From contig JBFXJJ010000001.1 of NCBI GenBank assembly GCA_050175015.1, forward strand, positions 32,001 to 96,000: a stretch of 64,000 bases of DNA. The letters run 5' to 3'. The notes beneath the pieces were generated by a model that was not told the DNA's origin, did not search any database, and saw nothing but the letters and a program-made list of their open reading frames with translations. Source of the stretch: Alphaproteobacteria bacterium (GTDB taxonomy: Bacteria; Pseudomonadota; Alphaproteobacteria; JBFXJJ01). The position numbers and the translations under genes were made by a program. How positions within the stretch are numbered: position 1 is the first letter of the stretch; every line of letters starts with the position of its first letter. Below are positions 8,543 to 18,400 of the stretch, in pieces.

Positions 8543-11431
8543 TTAATTTTTTAAAAAATTTTTGTATATCTTAACAATTTCCTCGGATAGTGTCTTTATT
8601 TGGCTTCTCAGGTCCTCAAATGTTGCTTTTTTAGAAACAATTAGACTTAGTTTTTCTTTTAATCCTTTTGAGAAATTATTTTCATCAGTGTCGCCATCAA
8701 CTGTCAGACTAAGAATTCCTTGTATTGATAGCCAAAAACTATAGGCATCATTTAAAAGCACAGATGTTTCATTACTGATTATACTTGACTTAGACATTGC
8801 TATTAATGCTTCTGATGTTTTGGGAATAAGAATTTCTGGGTAATCTGCACCATAAGCTAACTTTAAATATTGAACGATAAATTCGATATCTACCATACCG
8901 CCTGGCATATATTTAATTCCAAAAGGCGGATTTGGTTTGTGTGTTTCTGCTATTTTTAAGCGCATACCATCAATTTTTGATACCAATTCAGTCTTATCTC
9001 TTGGCTGCGATAAAATTGTTTTAATACTCTGGTTTATCTTATCGATGAGCTCTTGATCGCCGCATATAACACGAGCCCTAGTTAAGGCTTGATGCTCCCA
9101 AATCCAAGCATCATTGGTTTGATATTTCACAAAAGCCTCTAAACTCGTAGCCAAAGGCCCAGCATTACCAGAAGGTCTAAGCCTCATATCAATATCCCAA
9201 AGCTTGCCTTCTGCGGTCATAACATTAAGCGCATTAGTAAAACGCATTGTCCATTTAGTAAAATAATTTGACGCCGCAAGAGAGATGTTTCCCCCTTCGG
9301 AAGCAGAATTAATATCATCTGTTTCATAGATTACAATTAAATCTAAATCGGATTTAGGACCCATTTCCTCAGAACCTGCTTTGCCTAAGGCTAAAATAGC
9401 AAGTTTAGAATTAGTAATCTTTCCAAATTTTGCAACAAATTCTTTTAGAACCTGTGGCATCAACTCTGAAACAATAACATCGGCTAATTTAGAGCATTCT
9501 CTGCCGAAAGTCTCACCGTCAATAATATTTTCAAACAACTGAACTTGGAGCTGAAACAAACGATATTTTTTAAACCTGCGAAAAACATCTAATGTCTGTT
9601 CAAAACTATCTACTACATTTAAAAGGCGCTTAACTTCCGTCATTAAAACATCTTTATCAGGAAGTGGTGCAAAAAAATCAGGTTCAATAATGTTATCTAA
9701 AAGCTCGGGCTTCTTCTGCAGTTCTTTTGAAATGCTCGGGGCATCACCCATAATTTTTGCTACCAGATTAAATAAACTTGGGTTCGCCTTAAATAAATAA
9801 AACAACTGAACACCAGCAGGCTGGGCATATAAAAATTCATCAAATCTCATAAATGCCGTATCAGGATTAGATGTATCACTTAGGGCATTTAAGAGGCTTG
9901 GCAAACACTCTAAAAGCAGCTCTTTGGCTTTAGCGGTTCTTGTCGCCCTTGGGTGCCCCGCAAGCCAATCACTAATACGGTTGAATATAACCGTATTATT
10001 GCTAAAGCCCATTTCTGCTAACTTTTCTATTGTTTCGGAATTAACAAAATTTCCTTCAAAAACAAGTTTAGAAACATCTTTTTTCTCAGACGTTTCGTTA
10101 AAAAGATTAGTAAAATAGTTTTCAACTGTCATTAGGTTGTTTTTAACTTCATTACAAAAATCTTCTTTATCGTTAAAGCCGCAAAAAAGAGCCATTTTAT
10201 GAAAATCTTCTTCATTCTTAGGCAGCTCGTGCGTCTGTCTGTCTTCAACCATTTGAATCCGATGCTCAACCATTCTTAAAAACCGATAACACGCTTTTAA
10301 TTCTTCACTAGCTTCAGAAGCAACGTGTCCCGTTTCGCTAAGAATATCTAAAGATTTACAGGTTTCACGATTTTGTAAAACAGGATTTCTACCACCCCAT
10401 ATTAACTGTTGCGATTGCGCATAAAACTCTATTTCCCGAATGCCGCCTCGCCCTAATTTGACATTGTAGCCCAAAAGGCTTTCTTTATAATTTTTACTAT
10501 GAAGGTTTAGAATCTGCCCCTTAATCGTATGAATATCTTGAATTGCTTTAAAATCTAAACTTTTACGCCAAACAAATGGTTTGATATGTTTTAAAAATAA
10601 ATTGCCTGCTTCAATATCACCGGCAACAGGACGAGCTTTAATCATTGCCGCTCTTTCCCAGTTTTGACCAAAACTTTCATAATACGTTTCAGCCGCAGAT
10701 ACCGACATTGCAACAGGTGTCGAATTAGGGTCTGGCCGGAGCCTTAGATCTGTTCTGAAGACATAACCATTAGGTGTTCTTTCCTGCATTATTGCTATTA
10801 AACTTTTGGTTAAGTTATTATAAAAAGCTTTAGCATCAAGATTGCCTTTATAAATTATTTTTTTATCATCAAATAAGATTATCAAATCTATATCAGAAGA
10901 ATAATTTAGCTCATATGCCCCTAGTTTTCCCATTCCAATAATGATATAGCCTGAATTCTCTAAAGCAATCTCTTCTATTTTTCCTTCTTTAAAGCTCGTA
11001 TAAAACAAAAAACGACAAGCTGTATCTAACGTCTTTTCGGCTGTTATAGTAAGCGCTTTGGTAACATTTTCTAATTCCCAAAAGCCCGAAATATCTGCCA
11101 ATGCTATAACTAAAGATAACTTTTTCTTAAAAATTCTTAGATCCTGCTTAATCTTATTCAGATCTATTTTAGAAACATCATAATTTGATAGTGCCAAAAT
11201 CTCTTCTTCAAAAACAATTTCGGGAGTTTTTGTAATTATGTTTTGGAAAAAATCAGGATAATCACATATTATCTGAGACAAGTATGAGCTATTGCCAAAA
11301 ATAGATTTTAAGAAATCTCTAGCTTCATTATCAAGACTAGAAATAAAATCTGAGTTTAGTTTTGCCCAATACAATTCACAAAGGCTGTCATTAAACACTT
11401 TAGGAAATTGTTTTATATTGTGATTAAACAT
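8543..11431 (-). CDS. glnE: Glutamine synthetase adenylyltransferase/adenylyl-removing enzyme
   Basis: Two NTase domains: GMGKLGAYELNYSSDIDL...DLRLRPDP and LGKAGSEEMGPKSDLDL...DMRLRPSG. Confidence 0.96.
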   Translation of the reverse strand: MFNHNIKQFPKVFNDSLCELYWAKLNSDFISSLDNEARDFLKSIFGNSSYLSQIICDYPDFFQNIITKTPEIVFEEEILALSNYDVSKIDLNKIKQDLRIFKKKLSLVIALADISGFWELENVTKALTITAEKTLDTACRFLFYTSFKEGKIEEIALENSGYIIIGMGKLGAYELNYSSDIDLIILFDDKKIIYKGNLDAKAFYNNLTKSLIAIMQERTPNGYVFRTDLRLRPDPNSTPVAMSVSAAETYYESFGQNWERAAMIKARPVAGDIEAGNLFLKHIKPFVWRKSLDFKAIQDIHTIKGQILNLHSKNYKESLLGYNVKLGRGGIREIEFYAQSQQLIWGGRNPVLQNRETCKSLDILSETGHVASEASEELKACYRFLRMVEHRIQMVEDRQTHELPKNEEDFHKMALFCGFNDKEDFCNEVKNNLMTVENYFTNLFNETSEKKDVSKLVFEGNFVNSETIEKLAEMGFSNNTVIFNRISDWLAGHPRATRTAKAKELLLECLPSLLNALSDTSNPDTAFMRFDEFLYAQPAGVQLFYLFKANPSLFNLVAKIMGDAPSISKELQKKPELLDNIIEPDFFAPLPDKDVLMTEVKRLLNVVDSFEQTLDVFRRFKKYRLFQLQVQLFENIIDGETFGRECSKLADVIVSELMPQVLKEFVAKFGKITNSKLAILALGKAGSEEMGPKSDLDLIVIYETDDINSASEGGNISLAASNYFTKWTMRFTNALNVMTAEGKLWDIDMRLRPSGNAGPLATSLEAFVKYQTNDAWIWEHQALTRARVICGDQELIDKINQSIKTILSQPRDKTELVSKIDGMRLKIAETHKPNPPFGIKYMPGGMVDIEFIVQYLKLAYGADYPEILIPKTSEALIAMSKSSIISNETSVLLNDAYSFWLSIQGILSLTVDGDTDENNFSKGLKEKLSLIVSKKATFEDLRSQIKTLSEEIVKIYKNFLKN

Positions 11432-11484
11432 TTTTTATCTCATTTTTAAGTATATTTTTTTAGCCAAGGCTATACAATAACGAT

Positions 11485-14400
11485 ATGCTGATATTAAATC
11501 AAAAAATAAAAAAGTCTTTATTATTTACAGTAGATACCATTGGTATTTTGGTAGTCTTTACTGTGGCTTTCTTTTTTTGGAGATTGTATCAAGGATCGAT
11601 TAATGCTGATTTTCTAAAGCCTTATATTATCCACTCAATATCATCAGATAAAATTCCTTTTAACTTTGACATTGCAAATGTTGAGCTGGAATGGGGAAAA
11701 GATAAAAGACTGATTGATATTACGGCAACCGAGTTAACCATAACTGATAAAGAGGATAATACCTGGGTTGTACTTCCGAAAATTGCTATAGCTCTTAGCT
11801 TAAAAAATATTTTTAACGGAGAAATAACGCCTCATCTAATTGATATTATCTCCCCGCTCGTTAGAATTTATCACGAAAATGATAATAGCTTTAGTTTTAC
11901 AATTGGTGAAAAAACCTCTTCAAATCAATCTAAAAAAATGACATTACAAGAGATATCTGCCTTATTTGGTGGATTTCTTGATAAGAGCAGCTCAGAACAA
12001 TTCAAGCAAAAAAATTTGGACTTTATTAAGATTTCTCACGCTGAGCTTGATTTTATTGACTTGGCTAAGAATAGAAATATTAATTTTAAGGATTTTTCTT
12101 TTGATTTTTCAAAAGACTATAATGTTTTTGCTCTCACATTGAATTTTAACACTGAGTTTTTGGGACAAAATAGCTTCGCTCAAACTAAAATCTTCTTAGA
12201 TACCAAAAAAGAAGACACCTCTTTTATTTTTAATTTTAACAACTTTAACCCATCTTATTTCTCAGAATTTTTTCCTGAATTTAAACGAGTAGCTTTTCCT
12301 ATAAACGGTTCGATCTCTCTTGATGCCAAAACAGCTTTTCTTGAAAATATCTTTACTAATAATGACAACAATATTCCTTACTTAAGTTTTTTCAAAGAAG
12401 ATACTATTAAAAATGTTAAATTCGATATCAAAGGAAAAACAGGAATTTTAAACCTTCCTGCTCCCATATCTAATCAATATATGATTTATTCCTTAAATGC
12501 TAAAGGTTCAGCCTTTAATTTAAATAAAATATCATTTAACACTATTGATGTTAAATCTGGAGAAACCAAAGCTTCAATATCTGGTGATGTTACTAATCTT
12601 GCACATAAAATCCTAAATAAAAATAGCAACATCGAACTTAATCTTAATGCTAAATTAGAAAAACTGGCTCTTGATAATTTAAAACAATACTGGCCTAAAA
12701 CAATTGGAACTAACGCTTGGCACTGGGTAACAACTAATTTAACAGATGGCATTATCAATTCGGCAGACTATAAAATATCTTTTGTTTTTACCCCAGAAAA
12801 AGCAGAAGTTAAAAAACTTGAAGGAATTGCCAATGTAAAAAAAGCTACCGTTAATTATCTAGATGGTATGCCTAAAATATCAAATGTTAACGGCGTGGTC
12901 TATTTTGCCGAAGATAAGATAAAAATTGATATCTCCCAAGGCAAAACCTATAGCCTAAATATAACCAAAGGCGATTTGTCTTTTTTCAATTTTAATGAGC
13001 CTATTCCTCAAGCCAAAATAGATTTAGATATAAAAGGCTCTTTAACTGATGCCTTAAAAGTTTCTGATAGTGAGCCATTAAATTTGATTTCAAAAATGGG
13101 ATTTAAAAATGAACAAGCAGGAACAGGCGATACTATTCTAAATTTAAAATTAGATTTCCCATTAAAGCACCATCTTAAGGGTGAAGAAGTAACTGTTAAC
13201 GTTGACGCTGATATTACTAATGCCTTTTTTCCTAAAGCCTTTGGCAAAAGTGATCTATCAAATGGCAGTCTACATCTTGCTATAGATAATAATGCTCTGA
13301 AAATAGATGGTACAGCTGAAATTTGGGACAAACTTAATGCTAGAATAAGCTGCACTGAAAACTTTTTTCCTGATAAAAACGGAATAAAGAGTTATAAAAC
13401 TGCGGGTTTTAATCTTACGGAAAACGACCGCAAAAGATTAAATCTTAATATTGTGCCTTTTGTTAAACCCTACTTTACTGGTGATTTTGGTGTTGAAATA
13501 GCATTAACAAATAAAAATAACGGCGAAAACTTTATTGGTTTAAAAGCTGATTTAGCAAATACAACAATATCGCTTCCTATGATTGGTTGGAATAAAAAAG
13601 CTCAAGATGTAGCTTCAGCTACCGTGTCTGGCCGCATTCTTGACAATGAAGACTTAGATATTTCAAGATTTACAATAACTTCTGGCAATGACTTTAACAT
13701 TCAGGGACGTTTTATTATTAAAGCTAAAGATAAAACCTTTAATAAAATCAATTTTTCCAAATTCATTGTTGGAAGAACTGATGCTAAAATTATTTTAGAA
13801 AAAACCAAAAATCTTATGAATATTAGTATTGCTGGCAATGCTTTTGACTTTAATCCTATCTTTAAAGATGCTATTGGATTTGGGGAAAAAGAAGCTATAA
13901 AACTGCCTGATATGAATATAAATGTTGCCGTAGAAAAAATGTGGGGCAGCTCCAAAGGCTTTATAAAAAACGTAGGAGCAATATTGAAACGCCAAAATGC
14001 AAAATGGCAGCATATAGAAGTAGCCGGAGATTTTGAAACGACGGAAAAAGTTTTAATAACTCTTCTTCCCGACAGCCAAAACGGGCTTAATCTCTCGATT
14101 GAAACCAATGATGCAGGATCCTTATTCAAGACCTTTGGTCTTTCTGAAAACATTAAATCAGGTTACTTAAGGCTTGAAGGCTATGCCGATAGTGATAACA
14201 AAATGCAAGGGTCTTTAAAAATGAAAGACTATCGACTTTTAGAAACGCCTCTTCTTGCTCGAATTTTAACTATGGCATCTTTAACAGGTTTTGCTGATTT
14301 ACTAAGCGGCGGCGGAATAACTTTTTCTCAGTTAGATTTTCCTTTTGTTTATGATAACGGTCTTCTAGAAATTAATGATGCCAAAACTTCAGGCAATTCC

Positions 14401-14670
14401 TTAGGAATAACAATCAACGGCATGGTAGATTTCAAAAAGAATGATATCAATTTAAAAGGCCTAATAGCTCCAGCATATGTTATCAGTAAAATAATCGGAA
14501 ATATCCCATGGATTGGAAAATTTCTAGTTGGTAAAGATAATGGCGGCGTTTTTGCTGTCAGCTACGATGTCAAAGGTGTCAAAAATAACCCAGAAATAAC
14601 CGTAAATCCTCTATCTGCCTTAGCTCCTGGATTTTTGAGAGATCTTTTTGGTAACATAATACCAAAATAA
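11485..14670 (+). CDS. YhdP/AsmA-like (DUF3971/AsmA_2) outer-membrane biogenesis protein
   Basis: N-terminal TM, YWP....NAWHWV motif, C-terminal PAY.IS.IIGNIP.IG....VNPLSALAPGFLRDLF; next to glnE. Confidence 0.85.
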   Translation: MLILNQKIKKSLLFTVDTIGILVVFTVAFFFWRLYQGSINADFLKPYIIHSISSDKIPFNFDIANVELEWGKDKRLIDITATELTITDKEDNTWVVLPKIAIALSLKNIFNGEITPHLIDIISPLVRIYHENDNSFSFTIGEKTSSNQSKKMTLQEISALFGGFLDKSSSEQFKQKNLDFIKISHAELDFIDLAKNRNINFKDFSFDFSKDYNVFALTLNFNTEFLGQNSFAQTKIFLDTKKEDTSFIFNFNNFNPSYFSEFFPEFKRVAFPINGSISLDAKTAFLENIFTNNDNNIPYLSFFKEDTIKNVKFDIKGKTGILNLPAPISNQYMIYSLNAKGSAFNLNKISFNTIDVKSGETKASISGDVTNLAHKILNKNSNIELNLNAKLEKLALDNLKQYWPKTIGTNAWHWVTTNLTDGIINSADYKISFVFTPEKAEVKKLEGIANVKKATVNYLDGMPKISNVNGVVYFAEDKIKIDISQGKTYSLNITKGDLSFFNFNEPIPQAKIDLDIKGSLTDALKVSDSEPLNLISKMGFKNEQAGTGDTILNLKLDFPLKHHLKGEEVTVNVDADITNAFFPKAFGKSDLSNGSLHLAIDNNALKIDGTAEIWDKLNARISCTENFFPDKNGIKSYKTAGFNLTENDRKRLNLNIVPFVKPYFTGDFGVEIALTNKNNGENFIGLKADLANTTISLPMIGWNKKAQDVASATVSGRILDNEDLDISRFTITSGNDFNIQGRFIIKAKDKTFNKINFSKFIVGRTDAKIILEKTKNLMNISIAGNAFDFNPIFKDAIGFGEKEAIKLPDMNINVAVEKMWGSSKGFIKNVGAILKRQNAKWQHIEVAGDFETTEKVLITLLPDSQNGLNLSIETNDAGSLFKTFGLSENIKSGYLRLEGYADSDNKMQGSLKMKDYRLLETPLLARILTMASLTGFADLLSGGGITFSQLDFPFVYDNGLLEINDAKTSGNSLGITINGMVDFKKNDINLKGLIAPAYVISKIIGNIPWIGKFLVGKDNGGVFAVSYDVKGVKNNPEITVNPLSALAPGFLRDLFGNIIPK

Positions 14671-14742
14671 AGTAAAAATGGCTCAAAACCTTTAATTATT
14701 CAACTATATTATTAATTTTTTATTAAATACATTAAAAAAATG

Positions 14743-14751
14743 TGGTATAAT
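14743..14751 (+). promoter_or_regulatory. Extended -10 promoter element for the small Pro-rich ORF
   Basis: TG-G-TATAAT at 14743-14751, about 60 bp upstream of the ATG; AAGGAG RBS at 14796-14801. Confidence 0.45.
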
Positions 14752-14809
14752 AAATAATTGTTAGAGAAAAGCATAGTTTTTTATTTTATGCTTTTAAGGA
14801 GTACTTATT

Positions 14810-15052
14810 ATGGTGATGTGTTGTTCAGTTTTTGCTTCTGGAGAAAGTTCCATTCTTGAACCTTCCCCAGTAGAAAGAGCACCTTTGGATATTCCACCAT
14901 ATAAACTACCATTCGACCCTCCCCCTAGAAAAAGGGACGAAAAGGCACCAGAATTGCCCAGTGCTGTTAGATTACCCCCTAACAGGGTTCCTTTGGAAGG
15001 TGTATATCCAATAATCTTTCCAACTGTTAAGATTCCTAATGGTATTAATTAG
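14810..15052 (+). CDS. Small proline-rich hypothetical protein (80 aa)
   Basis: AAGGAG RBS, candidate promoter and a terminator; 17 of 80 residues are Pro. Confidence 0.65.
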   Translation: MVMCCSVFASGESSILEPSPVERAPLDIPPYKLPFDPPPRKRDEKAPELPSAVRLPPNRVPLEGVYPIIFPTVKIPNGIN

Positions 15053-15071
15053 TTTTAAAGATTGTAAATTT

Positions 15072-15104
15072 AAAGCCGCAAGTCTTTTATGATTTGCGGC
15101 TTTT
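15072..15104 (+). terminator. Rho-independent terminator
   Basis: AAAGCCGCAA...TTGCGGCTTTT hairpin about 20 bp after the small ORF stop. Confidence 0.75.
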
Positions 15105-15206
15105 CTCTATGCCTTATTTCATCTCAAAAACAATCTCATTAATTAAAGCAATATAAAATAATGCATAACCTCAGAGCTTACGTTATTTGATTGTAAGCAA
15201 ATTAGA

Positions 15207-15292
15207 TTTTATATTTTTCCTGACAGCGAATAGACTGGCTAGTATGCCTTTAGTAAAAGTAATGCTTTTTATAAATAACGATATTATGAGAA
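15207..15292 (-). repeat. Degenerate dispersed intergenic repeat, copy 1
   Basis: Reverse complement ...TTTATAAAAAGCATTACTTTTACTAAAGGCA...CTGTCAGGAAAAATA aligns by eye with 33594-33676 and 39554-39618. Confidence 0.55.
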
Positions 15293-15377
15293 TTTCCTGC
15301 TTTAAAAAAACTCTATTTGCGAAACAACTTTCTAAATAAAGTCTTAAAAAAACAATTCTATGTTAACAGCCCAAAAA

Positions 15378-15414
15378 ACAAAAAGTGAGAAAGCAAAACC
15401 TTCTCACTTTTTGT
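15378..15414 (-). terminator. Rho-independent (bidirectional) terminator of the giant Cys-rich gene
   Basis: ACAAAAAGTGAGAA...TTCTCACTTTTTGT, 14-bp inverted repeat 20 bp past the stop codon. Confidence 0.8.
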
Positions 15415-15433
15415 CATTATAGAAGCTTATGTT

Positions 15434-18400
15434 CTATTCTCTAAGAGTATCAATAATACGAGTCATCTTAGATTTAATGCGATTGTATCTTTCCTCAGAG
15501 AGATCATCAATAGCCACAGGCTGCAGCCTATCAGTATCGATGGTTCCGTCTGATGTTGATACACCATCACGATCGATTGAATCTACACAGGTATTAGTGT
15601 AAGGATTCCAAATCTTATCGTTAGAACATACACAAGTTCCACTGCTGTAGCTTGCTCCACTTGGACAATCTTTACATTCACCATTGTACCAAATTTGGTT
15701 CATACCACAGTCTACTGTATCAGCTGTCTTACATTCGCCATTTTGGCAAATATTAGATGAACAATGTCTGTTTTCTAAACATTCAAGACATTCAGAACCA
15801 CTCCAATAAGGCGTCTCTGAAGGACAGCACTTATTATCGCTACGACATTGCCTAATACCTGAGCAGTGACTGTTTGTGTAACATTCAATACAACCAGCCT
15901 GATCGCCAGTACATTCTACACACTCATAGTTAGAATTACACATCATTCCCGGAGTATCACAAGTTCCAGTATGTCCGCTAGTACCTGTACAAGGTTTACA
16001 TGCATTATTCTTCCAATAAGGTGTATATGATCCACAGCAAGAACCAGCATTAGTACCTGAAGTTTGGCACTGTTGGACACCAGAGCAAGCCGCATCACTA
16101 TATGAGCAAGAATTAGCTCCAGTAGCTAGATTACATGAGCCTGTACAGCATGAGTTAGTATTAACACAAGCGCCATTTCCATCTGGTTTCTGACTAGATC
16201 CACAGTTACAAGAACCACAAGCTGACGATGTAGAACATTCTGCACAATACTTAGGATCACCGGTACACTTGAAACCAGCTCCGCAATCACTATCGAAAGT
16301 ACATAAATCAGGGATTTCAACATCTCCGCCATAATTACATTCGTAATTTTCATCGCAGATAACACCTGTTGAAGGACATCCATTCTGACCGCCTGGAGTA
16401 TGGCATTCTGCACAGAAATATTCTCCACTCTGTTTAATACGATAGTATGGTTTATGCGATGGACAAGTGTTGCATGTATTTTGAGCACCATCAGCTGTTG
16501 AACAAATTTGATTACACCTAGTCCAAGCTGTTGTTCTGCTGTCAACCATACCTATTGGGCATCTATATTCTTTAGCACCCTGCGTTGACTGCATACACTG
16601 CCAGCTTGTTCCTATACCTGTACCCCATGTATAACCACAAAGGCCACGACATCCAGGAAGATCATCAGCGCTCTTATTCAAAACAGTATAATTAAACGGA
16701 TAATAATGCCATGAATAAGACGTTCCAACATCTCTAGGAGCAGAACAAGGAACACAACCAGCAAATTTAGGCCAAGTTGTTCCTGTTGGTGTACCCTCTG
16801 TTGCTTCATGATTATGACTATCATGACGCCAGAATGGAGCGTGCGGAGGACATGTACCACAAGTTTTTTCTCCAAAGTGGTCAATAATACCTGCATTAGT
16901 CATATTAATCGTCCATGAAGTATCACACTCAACACATTGACCATTAACGCATTCCAAACCACTTCCGGCACCACAATCATAATTTTCTTTACAGGTTGGT
17001 CCAATCCATTCAAAGTCAACACATTCACCACCGTCAGGGCAGTTACTAAATTCTGTTGAATTTGCTTTGTTACAACAAGTACAGAAATATTGATCTATAG
17101 GACCGGTTGATTTTGATTCCGCCTTCTTACGATAATATGGCTTATAGGAAGGACATGTTTGACATTCTGCCGTTCCTTCTTCGGTAGGACAGAGGTTAAC
17201 ACAGCTTCTCCAAGAATTATCAAAAGGTGTCGGAGGAATAAACCCAATTGGGCAGCGGTACATAATACCATGAGCATTTCTGTCATGAGCATTTCTCTGG
17301 CACTGCCAAGCAACGGTTGCACCACAATATCCGCGACATCCCGGAGTATCATATCTAGAAACATCATTAGGATAGAACGTTGCATGATGCGAACCTCCTG
17401 CTTCACAAGGAGTACAACCACCAGCCGCTGTTCTATAGTAAGGTGAATGAGTTGGACATGATCCACAAACAGATGCCCTAACTGCCGCATTTGTTTCTTC
17501 TGAATAGTGTGCACCAGAAATTGGGACAGATGGACAAGCTACGCATTCTCCAGTATTTGCATCACATTGCTTGCCGCTACCTTCGCCGCAGGCATGGTGA
17601 TTAGCACAAATACATCCACCCTCACCATCTTCTTTAAAGTTTTCTGGACACTTGCCGCAAACGTAGTTTTCATCACATTCTGAACAATATTCACTTGGCT
17701 GACTTGCCGTATGACAAGATGTACAGAAATATTCGCCATTCTGTTTTACGCGGTAGTAAGGTTTTGTTGAAGGACATGTGTTACATATATATTCTTCACC
17801 ATCAGAGATAGGACATATTGTAGCGCACTTGGTCCAAGCACCGGTTCTATTATCAACCATACCAACTGGACACATAGCAATATTAGCACCAGAAGTTATT
17901 TGGTTACATTGCCATTTATCAGAAGGAGAGCTACTTCCCCACGTGTATCCACAAAGACCACGACACCCAGGATAACCATCTGGAGTTTTATAAGGAGAAA
18001 CATCCCATTTGAATGTATGATAATACCAACTATACGCTGTTCCAGTGTTCTTTGGAGCCGAACATGGTACACAGCCTGAGAATTTATCTCTTCCACCGCC
18101 TGTATGATCATCATAACGCCAGAATGGGGCATGAGGAGGACATGTTCCGCAAGTTTTATCTAGAGACTGGTCTATAAATGCACCATTAGTGAAACTAACT
18201 GTCCAAGATGTGCTGCATTCTACACAAGTTCCATCAACACACTCGTAGCCATTTTGAGCACCACAATCATAGTTTTCTGAACAACTCTTTCCTGTGTATT
18301 CAAAATCTTTACAAGTTCCACCATCAGGACAAGTACCACCTTCTGTAGAATCAGACTGCTTACAACAAGTACAGAAGTACTTATCTATTGGTCCCGTTGA

